Source: the human T2T-CHM13v2.0 reference genome, Homo sapiens. Taken from it: 64,000 nt of DNA. The stretch lies in assembly GCF_009914755.1 (NCBI RefSeq), contig NC_060927.1; one strand, 5' to 3'. The first letter of the stretch is position 1, and every line of letters starts with the position of its first letter. Of the stretch, positions 28,456-45,048 are shown in pieces. The notes under the pieces are model-generated. The model saw only the letters and a program-made list of their open reading frames with translations. It was not told the DNA's origin and searched no databases. Position numbers and translations under genes: made by a program.

Positions 28456-28810
28456 TGATATGGTTTGGCTGTGTCCCCAATCAAATCTCACCTTGAATTG
28501 TAATAATCCCCATGTGTCAAGGGCGGGAGCAGATGGAGATAATGGAATCATGGAAGCGTTTTCCCACATGCTGTTCTGGTGATAGTGAGTGAGATCTCAC
28601 AAGATCGGATAGTTTTAAAAAGGACCTCCCCCCTCGCTCAGCACTCATTCTCTCTTCTGCCACCCTGTAAAGAGGTGCCTTCCACCATGATTGTAAGTTT
28701 CCTGATGCCTCCCCAGCCATGTGGAACTGTGAGTCAATTAAACCTCTTTTGTTTATAAATTACGCAGTCTTGGGTATTTCTTCATAGCAATGTGAGAATG
28801 GACTAATATG
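28456..28810 (+). mobile_element. THE1C-like solo LTR
   Basis: Starts TGATATGGTTTGGCTGTGTCCCC. Perfect 5-bp TSD GTAAG at 28451-28455 and 28811-28815. Confidence 0.92.
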
Positions 28811-28960
28811 GTAAGTCATGTGCTATTCTATTTTAATAATGATCTATCTTATGTAAAGATATGTGTGTCTAAATTACCCCAAATTAAGAACTAAAACCAT
28901 CTCTCTCCTTCTCTGTCTCTTTCTTTCTGCAACATACACCCAAAGAGAATAACAATACAA

Positions 28961-29738
28961 AAGTGAAATAAGCCATGAACAAAAAGTTAAACATTGCATG
29001 TTCTCGCTAATATGTGGAAGCTGAAAAAAAAAAGTTGATTTTGTAGAAGTGAAAACTAGAACAGAAGATACTGCAGGCTGGGAAGGGTAGAGGGAAGGGA
29101 AGGATAGGGAGAGATTTGTTAAAGGATACAAAATTACAGCTAGATAGGAGGAATAAGTTCCAATGCTCTATGCCAGCAGTCCCCAAACTTTTTGGCACCA
29201 GGGACAGGACAATTTTTCCACAGATTGGTGGTGGGGGAGATGGTTTCAGGATGAGACTGGCCCACCTCAGATCATCAGGCATTAGAGTCTCATAAGGAGC
29301 ATGCAACCTATATCCCTTGCATGCATGGTTCACAATAGGGTTCTCGGGTTCACAATAGGGTTCTCTCTCCTATGAGAATCTAATGCCACCACTAATCTGA
29401 CAGGAGGCTGAGCTCAAGTGATAATGCTCGCTCAACTGCCGCTCACCTCCTGCTGCGCAGCCCAGTTCCTAACAGGATATGGACCAGTACCTGTCTGTGG
29501 CCCGGGGGTTGGGGACGCCTGCTCTATGCCATTGTCAGATGACTGTAGTTAACAATAATACATAATTTCAAATAGCTAAAAAGAGGATATTGAACATTCT
29601 CAACACAAATAAATGTTTTACATGGGTATGTTAATTACCCTGATCTGATCACTATACATTATATGCATTGAAACATCACTAGGTACCACATGAGTATGTA
29701 CAATTATTAGTTGTCAATTTAAAAAATTAAATTTAAAA
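28961..29738 (+). mobile_element. L1MA 3' end, split by MER1B
   Basis: 'aagtgaaataagcc...atgttctcgctaatatgtggaagct' and 'aattaccctgatctgatcactatacatt'. Confidence 0.8.
29174..29521 (+). mobile_element. MER1B (hAT-Charlie MITE)
   Basis: TIRs cagcagtcccc...ggggacgcctg. Perfect 8-bp TSD ctctatgc at 29166-29173 and 29522-29529. Internal duplication with 20-bp period at 29327-29365. Confidence 0.92.
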
Positions 29739-31449
29739 GGAATCATTTTATTAATGTATAAAGTTCTGTGAATTTATTGATAAATTAATAGCTAATGAAA
29801 ATAAGTAGATGGCCTGCGTCCATTATTATTTGCTCCTATTTAAGAAAAAATATGTTAGGTTTAACAAACGATTGCAGATAAATTAATTGGGAAAATCAAT
29901 TTACTTTGTAGGTATTGTACCTTCTTGGATTCCTATTATTTGGGGAGAAATTTTATATTTTTTTCTTTATATTTGATACTTTAAAGACACTGTTTCACTG
30001 AGTTCGGAACAAAAGCAATAACTTAGATTTCTGCTTCTCAGCAAATAAACAGCAGATGAAGTTAAGAGCTTGATTAAGGAAAAGATTACCAGTGCTATTC
30101 TTTATTCTGCAACCAATAATTTTACAATTAACAGGAAATAGGCCAGCTGTTTCTCCAGTATAGACGTTTTCATAGGAATTCTTGTGATGTGATTGCCAAG
30201 AATAGATTTCTATGTCTGCCTAATGTACACTGAAGAAATGGTACATTTTCAAAGTAAACCAATCAATTTCTTCAGAGGCTCTCTTTTATAAGGACAAAAC
30301 AAAATATTCAACCAAGGATTCTAAGGCACTTAAAGAATGTTTCAAAGTGTAAATTACAAAAACCCATAATGTAAATAAGCACCAAGTGCCATCTCAAAAC
30401 TGAAAAAATGTTGTTGTTTTTTTTTTTCTGAGTTTGAGACTAAATCATTAGATAGAATACATACCAAGCTTTATGTTTGTGAGTTTTTCTTTTACAGGAT
30501 GGGAATTACTCAGCAAATTTTTACCACCCAGCAACACAAATAGCTCACAATTAAGTGTAAGACAAATCCATATTGTAGAATCAATCATTGTTGTATAGAA
30601 AGCTCAAGTAAAACTAAGATCATGTTAATTCAGAATTTCAGTCAGATTGATGTTCGAAGTCTACAATGCTATCACTGTAGTTGTTCTTCAACTGTTCCTT
30701 TGTTTTTGTTTTTGTTTTGTTTTGTTTTGTTTTATTCCCCCAAATCAGACCCTCATACTGGCAAGTTGAATTAAAAACTTGGCATACAGACATCTGTAAA
30801 TGATTCTGTACCCAATGGCTATGACCAGACTCCAAATTTAATTATGTGTAAAATGATAAATAAAACAGAAAAAGTGCCAAACTTAATTAACATGGTGAAC
30901 ATTAAGTGGATTTAGTGGATATTATATTTTAAAGATTCCAAAATTTAATAGGCGCTTAAAGCAAATGCAGTATTTTCCTTTGCATCACACACACTAGTCA
31001 TGAACTGCAGCATGCAACAATTGATTTAAAACATTTTCAAAACTGTGAGTATGTTTTTCCCCACATAAATTCATCATTGATGACACCATATGGCTCCATT
31101 AATGAAGAAGCTAGGCCATGCCAGGCTATTAACATGAATCGAGAAGATAGTTCCTTGTCACCAACCAGAGCCTGCTCATTTTTTGTTCCTCTGGGCTTAA
31201 CACAAAAACCTTTTCTCATCATTCAGATTTTTTTTCTAGTTTGAGATATTTTCCAGGATTCCATTTTTGTTTAAATGATTGAGGAGTGGTGAGTTATGTC
31301 CTGGCCTTTTGGTTAGCAATCTCCTTTCATGTCTGCGTAGATCACTGATAGGAAATTAGCAATGATCACAAATGCCAGTTTTCTTCAAGTTGTGAGTCAA
31401 TTGCAGGAAAAGCATGCATTCACCCACATCAGCTAATATTTGCAAGGTA

Positions 31450-31660
31450 GTGGTGGCTAATAGCAAAGAGCACAAGCTCTGGAGCAGAGTACCTGAGATC
31501 AAGTCAGTCCCTGTTTTGTCACCATCACTTTTGCCAACTTAACCTTTCTGCATCTCTCTTGCCTCAATTGCTAAAGGAGGATGAGTATAAGGTTATTATT
31601 AAGATTAAATAAGTTAATATGTATAACTTAAAATATATGCTAGTTATGATTATTATATTT
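31450..31660 (+). mobile_element. MIR SINE
   Basis: 'agagcacaagctctggagcaga', 'acttaacctttctg' and 'aagattaaataagttaatatgta'. Confidence 0.65.
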
Positions 31661-31754
31661 CATAATTTATAGTTATTCAGAGGATATTTTGATCATTTAA
31701 CACTATAACTGTTTCCTCTATTACCAATGGCAAACATATCTGATTTATGTATGC

Positions 31755-31897
31755 TACTGGTTATTAAAATTGGCTGCACATTGGCATCACCTGGACACAC
31801 TTTAGAAATATTCATAACTGGTGTAGGCTGCAATGCAGTCACGGGTTTTTCAAAGCTTCTGATATTTTGAATGTGTAGCCAAGCTTAAGAACCACTG
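31755..31897. mobile_element. MER5-type hAT MITE
   Basis: 'tggctgcacattggcatcacctgg...atgtgtagccaagcttaagaaccactg'. Confidence 0.65.
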
Positions 31898-32004
31898 ATC
31901 TATGTCCCTTCTTACCTAGATGGATTACCTCTAGAAAACAGAGTCAGAGTGAGATTGCAGGTAGTTTATGCTAATTTCCAAAGTCCTCTATGACCTATGA
32001 CTGT

Positions 32005-32373
32005 TGTCTCAGTTCATTCCTACTGCTAGAAGAAAATACCACGACTGGGTTCTTTATAAACAACAGAAATTTGTTTCTCACAGTTCTCGAGTCTGGGAAG
32101 TCCAAGATCAAGACACTAGCAAATTGGGTGTCTGGTGAAGGCTAGCTCTCTGCTTCCAAGATGGTGCCTTGTTGCTGTGTCCTCACATGGTAGAAGGCAG
32201 AGGGGCAAAAGGAGGGCCTATATAGTCTCCTTCAGCCCTTTTATAAGGGGATGAATCCCATGTATAAAGGTCGACCTCCTCAGGATCTAACCACCACCAA
32301 AGACCCCACCTTCTTTGGGGTTTAAGTTCCAACATATGAATTTTGGAGAGACACAGACATTCAAACCATAGTA
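32005..32373 (-). mobile_element. MSTD/MLT1A-like MaLR solo LTR
   Basis: Perfect 5-bp TSD actgt at 32000-32004 and 32374-32378. Contains 'aacagaaatttgtttctcacagttct' and 'tgggaagtccaagatcaag'. Confidence 0.85.
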
Positions 32374-32378
32374 ACTGT

Positions 32379-32545
32379 TGTCCTTAGTCTTTAGTGTGCT
32401 TAGGAATTACAGGGAGGACTTGTTAAAACAAAGATTGCAAGCCGCAGCCACAGTTTCTGAATTAGTAGGTCTAGAATAAAGCCCAAAGATTGCCATTTCT
32501 AACAAGTTCCAATGGAATATTCATATCACTGGTCTGGATGACCAG
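32379..32545. mobile_element. MER5A-like MITE
   Basis: 'cttgttaaaacaaagattgc...gtttctgaattagtaggtct...catttctaacaagttcc'. Confidence 0.65.
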
Positions 32546-32603
32546 AAGTGGAGACAGATGGGCCCACAGTAACCACCATACTGTCCATATCTTTAGTATG
32601 GCC

Positions 32604-33210
32604 TGTATTAGTCAGAGCTCTCCAGAGAAAGAGAGTCAACAGAATATATGTAGATTACATAGAGAGATAAACAGATCTATTTATAGATAAATCAATATAG
32701 ACCTATATCTTTCTATAGATATATTAATATAGATCTATATCGCTATATATTCTGTATATCTATATAATATATAGATAGATCTATATAATATGTGTGTATA
32801 TGTATTATATACATATATATATAGAGAGAGAGAGAGAGAAAGGGAGAGAGGAGAGAGATTTATTTTAAGGAATTGGTTCACATGGTTATAGTGGCTTGAT
32901 AAGTCCAAAATTTGCAGGGTAGGCCACAGTCTGGAGACCCTTGGAAGAACTGCAGTTCAAGATCAAAGGCAGTCTGCTGGCAGAATACCTTCTTGCTTAT
33001 GAGAGGTCAATCTTTGTTCTATGAAGGTCTTCAACTGATTGAATGAGACCCACATGCATTATGGAGGGCAATCTGCTTTACTCAGAGTCAACCAATTTAA
33101 ATGTTAATCTCTTCCAAAAAACACATTCACAGCAACATCCAGAATAATGTTTAACCAAATATCTAGGCATCAAGACCTGGCCAAGTTAACACATAAAATT
33201 AGCCATCACA
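32604..33210 (-). mobile_element. MLT2 (ERV-L) solo LTR with an internal TA/GA-rich expansion
   Basis: Termini tgtattagtcagagctctccagagaaa...cataaaattagccatcaca. TSD tggcc / tagcc. Confidence 0.85.
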
Positions 33211-33949
33211 TAGCCTCATCTGTACACAGTGTTGAATCCAATATAAAAAAGAAATAACATTTTTTCTCCAAATCTCTTTGTTATTATAAATTACTATTGA
33301 AAAGTTAAGATTAATTGATGTTGGTAGAAACAATAAGAAAAACTGAATGCTCCAAAGTGATTGAGTTTGGCCATAGTCAGTGACAAAGTTGTTATTGTAT
33401 TTAGTGACCCAACAGGAACAGTTTTCTAAATAAAATTTTGAGGTACTGATGAAAAAATAGATGAAGGATTGACTCTAAGTACAATTAATGAAGCTGACAT
33501 TTCCTTTTTCTAGCAATTCATCTCCATAGGTGATAGGACACCAGTACTATTTAAGCCTTCTAGGTTTCCCCATTGTCCTCATCAAAACATATCTGTCTTG
33601 TATTCTGATTACAAAGGTTCTTCATCTCAGCTGTACATTTAATAACTAATTAAACTAAAGTGTTAATATGTCAAGAGGTGCAGAGATAATTCGCTGACAT
33701 TGACTGATGGTTATGGAACTTTATAAACCAACGTCTTCCCAACATGATTTTTCCAAAGAGCTGCAAATGGACAACACAACCAAGCACGTGAAGAACTTAT
33801 TTCCTCACACTGGGGTTGCTTGCAGTGCTTAGAATTGGTAGGAGAGCTTTTTCAAAACATATGCTGTGTCACTATGCACACAGGATGTATTAATATTCCC
33901 AGTGATCGGATTTTCCAGATAATTTAAATAAAACCCCTTCCCCTCCTAC

Positions 33950-34125
33950 CGGTGATTCTCAGTCCTGATTGCATATTAAAATTGCCTTGTGGGATTTTAT
34001 TTTGTACAGATGCCAGGGCTCCTCCTAATCCAATTAAGTAAGAACCTCTATGACAGCTGCTGAGTCCATGTGTTTTAAATGTTCCCCAGGTCATCCTAAT
34101 GTGCACCCAAGGTCAAGAACCACTG
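33950..34125. mobile_element. MER5B-like MITE
   Basis: 'ggtgattctc...cagatgccagggctcc...ccccaggtcatcctaatgtgcacccaaggtcaagaaccactg'. Confidence 0.65.
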
Positions 34126-36374
34126 CCTCATATGGGAAAAAAGCATAAATCATAAGGTCACTGAGTTTGGGAGGAAAATGGAATACACAATTTAACAGAA
34201 AATAAATAGAATATTTACCGTATCAGTTTTACAATATGTAGTTAGAAACTTTACACTTTTACCCAACTGAAGTTAGAAACAGCCTAATATAAGAGGAGGC
34301 TTTGAGAAAACACAAATCAGTAGATCCCGCCAAGTGCTTTTTAACTTTTCTCAGCTTTACAATTGACATTCACTGAAATAAGGCTTATTTCTTCAGTGAT
34401 ACTACAAGTATGCAGTATAGCAGGTTCTCAGGCATAACAATAATGTTTTTAAACAAAATAATGATTAAAAATAGAGTTCTTTCTTTTATTGGGCTTTTTG
34501 TTTGCTATTCTGGAAATGTTGAAAGAAAAATGCCCTGCAACCATTCTGAAGTTTTCTTGTAACATTTGATCAACTAGAGCAGGGACTATGTCCTAAAGTA
34601 ACTGTGGAATCTGCATAGTTCTAGCCTAGAACGGAGCTCAGTGTTTATTGATTGGCTGATGGAGGATGAATTGCTTTAACCTAAGTGTTTATTTCCATTT
34701 CTAAGATATTTAAATTATATATATTTTAAATAAATAAATTTAAATAAGATACATATATATTTAAATACTTTGATTTTAGAAAAGCAATATAAATCTTCAG
34801 AAAACATTTACTTATAATGCCAAGTGTTTGTCAGTCTCAAAGAGGTAAATCTGAAAGAGAACAAAGAACTAACACATACAGATTAAAAAACATTATGGAA
34901 TTGTTATTCCCAAAATATTTCAGATTTTAGATTTATGAAAATTTTACATATCTAGAAAAAAAACATTATAGCTGTTACAAATCCTTATTCAAAAGAGGCA
35001 CTCTACTAATAAACAAAATAATGCAAGGTTGAAATTGTGAGTAGAGCAGGCATTTATCTACATGGTCAGATTACGGAGGTAACTGCCATAATACCATACC
35101 CCCTAATCCCATCAATTATGACCGAAATGCCACCAGTGCTGCTAAGCATGACTTTAACATTCATTACTTGCAGAAAATACTCCTGAGAAAACTAGCAGTT
35201 CCAGTGAGTTAAAGGAATTTTAACAGGCTATGGCCTGAAAGCAGTTGGTATGAAGAACAAGACAGGGGACTTCAGGATGCATCAAAGTTCATCTTTGCCC
35301 ACTTTTCCAAAATTGAAATTGAAATTATGAGACTCATACCCTCTCAGAATCAGTCTGTCCATCTGAAAAGATGCAAATAATATTATAACAATCTGGAAAG
35401 TGAACTACTTACAAGTAGATGTAGTTAAACATAATTTTTATAGCTGAAAAGTTCATAATCAAATATATTTTTTACACAACTTTAAATGTAGAAATGGAAA
35501 AGTCAAAGTTTGAATTTTGTCAAACTTTGAAGTGTACTCCATAGAATTTGAAGGAAGACATTGGGGTAATCAACGTGTTAACCAAAATAAGAAAATTAAA
35601 GACTTTACCAGAATGCTATGGGCTAGTCTATAGTAAACATGAGAATCACATTTAAAATATTTCAATATACTTTAAGATAACATGGATCTTTAACATGCGA
35701 CTTCTAAGTTAGTAATATTGGTGATGTCTTTAATGGTCTATTTCCTTGTATTCTTTTTATTTAACTTTTCAGTAATGTTTTATTTTGTTTGCAATTGTGC
35801 CATAACTAAAATAATATGCAGCCAGATTAGTAAATAGAAAAAACAAATGATATTGTAAACATAATGTAATATTAATATTATGTATATTATAAATATGCCA
35901 TTTTATTATAAGTATGCATAAGTAATTACATGTAATAATAATATTATTGGTATTATATATGTGATTAGATAGAATATAAATAATAGTATATATAATTAAA
36001 ATGCAAAATATAAGTATTTAAATGCATAAAATTAAAGCATTTTACCATATTATATGTATGTATTATTCATAACAAGTTTTTATATTAATATTCTAATAAT
36101 TCTACCCTGAACTTCTTTATTTTTTATTTTTTATTTTTTATTTTTTATTTTTAATGTTTATTTTTTTTTATTATACTCTAAGTTTTAGGGTACATGTGCA
36201 CATTGTGCAGGTTAGTTACATATGTATACATGTGCCATGCTGGTGCGCTGCACCCACTAACGTGTCATCTAGCATTAGGTATATCTCCCAATGCTATCCC
36301 TCCCCCCTCCCCCGACCCCACCACCGTCCCCAGAGTGTGATATTCCCCTTCCTGTGTCCATGTGATCTCATTGT

Positions 36375-40226
<3,852 letters not shown>

Positions 40227-40265
40227 TCATTAGTTGATGCAGTTTATTCCTAGTCTCGATGGTCT

Positions 40266-41282
40266 TTACATTTTGGCATGATTTTGCAGCGGCTGGTACC
40301 GGTTGTTCCTTTCCATGTTTAGCGCTTCCTTCAGGAGCTCTTTTAGGGCAGGCCTGGTGGTGACAAAATCTCTCAGCATTTGCTTGTCTATAAAGTATTT
40401 TATTTCTCCTTCACTTATGAAGCTTAGTTTGGCTGGATATGAAATTCTGGGTTGAAAATTCTTTTCTTTAAGAATGTTGAATATTGGCCCCCACTCTCTT
40501 CTGGCTTGTAGGGTTTCTGCCGAGAGATCCACTGTTAGTCTGATGGGCTTTCCTTTGAGGGTAACCCGACCTTTCTCTCTGGCTGCCCTTAACATTTTTT
40601 CCTTCATTTCTACTTTGGTGAATCTGACAATTATGTGTCTTGGAGTTGCTCTTCTCGAGGAGTATCTTTGTGGCGTTCTCTGTATTTCCTGAATCTGAAC
40701 GTTGGCCTGCCTTGCTAGATTGGGGAAGTTCTCCTGGATAATATCCTGCAGAGTGTTTTCCAACTTGGTTCCATTCTCCACATCACTTTCAGGTACTCCA
40801 ATCAGATGTACATTTGGTCTTTTCACATAGTCCCATATTTCTTGGAGGCTTTGCTCATTTCTTTTTATTCTTTTTTCTCTAAACTTCCCTTCTCGCTTCA
40901 TTTCATTCATTTCATCTTCCATTGCTGATACCCTTTCTTCCAGTTGATCGCATCGGCTCCTGAGGCTTCTGCATTCTTCACGTAGTTCTCGAGCCTTGGT
41001 TTTCAGCTCCATCAGCTCCTTTAAGCACTTCTCTGTATTGGTTATTCTAGTTATACATTCTTCTAAATTTTTTTCAAAGTTTTCAACTTCTTTGCCTTTG
41101 GTTTGAATGTCCTCCCGTAGCTCAGAGTAATTTGATCGTCTGAAGCCTTCTTCTCTCAGCTCGTCAAAATCATTCTCCATCCAGCTTTGTTCTGTTGCTG
41201 GTGAGGAACTGCGTTCCTTTGGAGGAGGAGAGGCGCTCTGCGTTTTAGAGTTTCCAGTTTTTCTGTTCTGTTTTTTCCCCAT
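40266..41282 (-). CDS. L1 ORF1p (338 aa RNA-binding chaperone), open frame
   Basis: MGKKQNRKTG...NHAKM with REKG, ARR and YPAKLS motifs intact. NVHL replaces the consensus NLRL at residues 157-160. Confidence 0.95.
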   Translation of the reverse strand: MGKKQNRKTGNSKTQSASPPPKERSSSPATEQSWMENDFDELREEGFRRSNYSELREDIQTKGKEVENFEKNLEECITRITNTEKCLKELMELKTKARELREECRSLRSRCDQLEERVSAMEDEMNEMKREGKFREKRIKRNEQSLQEIWDYVKRPNVHLIGVPESDVENGTKLENTLQDIIQENFPNLARQANVQIQEIQRTPQRYSSRRATPRHIIVRFTKVEMKEKMLRAAREKGRVTLKGKPIRLTVDLSAETLQARREWGPIFNILKEKNFQPRISYPAKLSFISEGEIKYFIDKQMLRDFVTTRPALKELLKEALNMERNNRYQPLQNHAKM

Positions 41283-42187
41283 CTTTGTGGTTTTATCTAC
41301 TTTTGGTCTTTGATGATGGTGATGTACAGATGGGTTTTCGGTGTAGATGTCCTTTCTGGTTGTTAGTTTTCCTTCTAACAGACAGGACCCTCAGCTGCAG
41401 GTCTGTTGGAATACCCTGCCGTGTGAGGTGTCAGTGTGCCCCTGCTGGGGGTGCCTCCCAGTTAGGCTGCTCGGGGGTCAGGGGTCAGGGACCCACTTGA
41501 GGAGGCAGTCTGCCCGTTCTCAGATCTCCAGCTGCGTGCTGGGAGAACCACTGCTCTCTTCAAAGCTGTCAGACAGGGACACTTAAGTCTGCAGAGGTTA
41601 CTGCTGTCTTTTTGTTTGTCTGTGCCCTGCCCCCAGAGGTGGAGCCTACAGAGGCAGGCAGGCCTCCTTGAGCTGTGGTGGGCTCCACCCAGTTCGAGCT
41701 TCCTGGCTGCTTTGTTTACCTAAGCAAGCCTGGGCAATGGCAGGCGCCCCTCCCCCAGCCTCGTTGCCACCTTGCAGTTTGATCTCAGACTGCTGTGCTA
41801 GCAATCAGCGAGATTCCGTGGGCGTAGGACCCTCTGAGCCAGGTGTGGGATATAGTCTCGTGGTGCGCCGTTTCTTAAGCCGGTCTGAAAAGCGCAATAT
41901 TCGGGTGGGAGTGACCCGATTTTCCAGGTGCGTCCGTCACCCCTTTCTTTGACTCGGAAAGGGAACTCCCTGACCCCTTGCACTTCCCAGGTGAGGCAAT
42001 GCCTCGCCCTGCTTTGGCTCGCGCACGGTGCGCACACACACTGGCCTGCGCCCACTGTCTGGCACTCCCTAGTGAGATGAACCCGGTACCTCAGATGGAA
42101 ATGCAGAAATCACCCGTCTTCTGCGTCGCTCACGCTGGGAGCTGTAGACCGGAGCTGTTCCTATTCGGCCATCTTGGCTCCTCCACC
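41283..42187 (-). promoter_or_regulatory. L1HS 5'UTR: CpG-rich internal sense promoter plus antisense promoter, YY1 site intact
   Basis: ~905-bp UTR. YY1 element CAAGATGGCCG (minus strand) at 42166-42176. Dense CpGs at 41750-42190. Confidence 0.88.
41737..41952 (+). CDS. L1 ORF0 (71 aa, antisense ORF of primate L1 5'UTR), intact
   Basis: ATG at 41737 in good context (gcaATGG), encoding MAGAPPPASLPPCSLISDCCASNQRDSVGVGPSEPGVGYSLVVRRFLSRSEKRNIRVGVTRFSRCVRHPFL. Expression is not shown by the sequence. Confidence 0.8.
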   Translation: MAGAPPPASLPPCSLISDCCASNQRDSVGVGPSEPGVGYSLVVRRFLSRSEKRNIRVGVTRFSRCVRHPFL

Positions 42188-44272
42188 GAAGACCTACCCT
42201 GAACTTCTAATACAAGTTTTTTTCATTTAAAAAGTGGTTAAGAAGCACTATATTCAAACATTTAAGTTCACATAAATCTCTTTAGAAGTGAAATTAAAGT
42301 TTAAATAGAATAGTTCAGATTTTGTATTTTACAGATATATACCAAAATGGTTTTTGTAGAATATGTAAATTCGTTTAAACACAATTAAAACCAATAAATG
42401 AAACATAATTTATTATGAGTTTAATGATCACTTTCAATTTTTAAATCTCTGCTACTATATTCACAATCTCGGTCAGTGAAAGTACATACAGCTCTCCATT
42501 TGGAAATTGTGTATGAAACTGTTTCTCACTTGTTTAATAGCCTTTAATGTGCTGTTCATTTTCTGCCTAGCGTTGGCCTTGTTATCAACAAGTTTCTAAA
42601 ATCTCAAAGATACCTTTGAAAAGATGAGAAACACCACTACACAGACAAATTTTAGAGTATCAATCTTGTTACACTTTGGAGGCACAAAAGGGGAAGAGAG
42701 GTTGTTAAACTAGTACATAAATTAAATGATTAGTTTTATATTAAAATAAATACTGATACCATGGAAATAAGAATAATTCCCCAGAATTTTCATGATTAAA
42801 CAGGAACATCAAACATATTTAATACAGCTGCTTCCAGCTATACTCCAGCCACTTAGGATACATGTCCACTTTTCTCTGTTTCAAGGGGTACTTGAGAAGT
42901 GTGGCTGTGTTCCCCTCCTCTTGTTCATTGAACTGTCATTTACATGTTACCTTGCATTATACACTGAAAATGTGTTTCTTATGATTAAATTCACCGAGTG
43001 ACAAGCACTTCTTCCAAACCCAGCATTTTAAAATGTATACATTCAAAAGGATACTCAACAAGACACTGTCACTGTGAAAAGAAGGCAAACATAGTAATTT
43101 TTATAGTTTATGGACTCAGTACACATATAGGACAGATGCACATGAAAATAATGCATTTTAATAAACTTCACAATCATTCCCACAAGCAATAGATAATTGC
43201 CAAGTATGTATGGGATGGGACACAGGCTGGGGCATTAGAGTAAAGAGTACACACTACCTTAAGGTGGGAGACTAACTTGTGCTCTTAAAAGAATTAGAGA
43301 GGAAGGGGACAGGCTTCTCCATTTGGAACACCTTGAGTAAAATCATATTGTTGCCAATCATCAGAGTCTGAGAAACATTATAAGAGCAGAAATTATGGAT
43401 CATCAAAGATTGGACAAGAGTGAAGATGAAAACAAAAGATTATTTCTAAGTTCTAAAACTGAGAGACCAGGAGACCAAAGGTAAGAAAAGTTGGAGGGGA
43501 AATCTCAGGAGGGAAAAGCCTAAAGTTTAGGTTTGAATGTGTTGAATTTTTTTATTATTTTTGATAGCCAGAAGAAAATGAAGAATGGTATTATAACTTG
43601 ATCAACATGAGAATAAGGACAGAAGATCACTGCCACCATTTCTGCTACTGGGAAAAACGCAATAGCTAAAATACTTAATTGTTTTGACTATAGCCTCTCT
43701 TCTTTCAATACGAAACACAGAGCAATGGATGGTCTCAATGAAAGTTTCGGTAGAATACCCTAGGCCTCCTCAATTTCAGCATCTCCAGGGAATGGAGTTG
43801 AACTCAGTGGCACTGAACGAAGCCTCCTTCCAAGATTTTTCTTATAGGCTCATTTTCTCTCACTCACCACAAGGTTTTCTCTTTCAAGAGTCTTGTAATT
43901 CAAGAACATACACTTTGCTCCAAAGATGAGAGGCCTAAAACTTCAAAATGAAGAGGAACATGATCACACTTCTGTCTTTGCACTGCCTGAAAAAATGGCC
44001 TGATACAAGCTCCCTACCAAGAGATACGCAAAATCATAAGAGTTTCCTGCATTTGGCAACCTGATATCTTTCAGAAATGTAGAGTATTGTGGATAAAAAC
44101 CATGCCCATGTGATTCAGGCTCAGCTCAGCCTTGTGTGGTCAGAGAAACACAAACAGTAACCAGAAGTAATTAAGACATTCAAATCATTTAAACATGTCC
44201 TTTTCAAAATGGCAACAGAATGGAAAAATACTTTAAAAACCATAGATCATCTCACGTTCTATTCTCTCCACC

Positions 44273-44699
44273 TGCCTTAGTCCGTTTTGTGCTGCTATAA
44301 AACAACGCCACAGACTGGATAATTTATAAATAGAAATTTATTGGCTCACAGTTCTGAAAATCTGAGAAATCTAAGTTATGTTAATGGCAGGTTCCATGTC
44401 TGGTGAGCTCATTCTCTTCTTCCAAGATGGCGTCTTTCATGCTGCATCCTCCAGAGGGAAAAAAGAAGGAATCCTCACAAGGCAAAAGTTAGAAGACTCT
44501 AGACCGTGAGAGAGAGCAAGATGGGGCCAAACTCGCCCTTTTATAATGACACCAATGGCACCCATGACAATGGAGGCATCACATCCTAATGCTACCCATG
44601 AGAGTGGAGCCCTCACACCCTAATCTCTTCTAGAAGCTTCCACCTCTTAATTCTGTTACAATGACAATTAAATTTTAACATGAATTTCAAATGATAGCA
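44273..44699 (-). mobile_element. MSTB/MSTC-like MaLR solo LTR
   Basis: 'ttagtccgttttgtgctgctataa...aatttattggctcacagttctg...ccacctcttaat...gatagca'. Confidence 0.8.
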
Positions 44700-44709
44700 C
44701 TCTCTGTAA

Positions 44710-45048
<339 letters not shown>

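Noticed and set aside
30481-30562. Acceptor/donor pair that could define a ~60-nt exon
   Set aside because: Stops occur in the frames examined, the donor is weak and there is no supporting evidence.
35860-36100. Very AT-rich tract next to the L1HS tail, considered as a 3' transduction
   Set aside because: It lies outside the TSD (36102-36116), so it is pre-existing target DNA.
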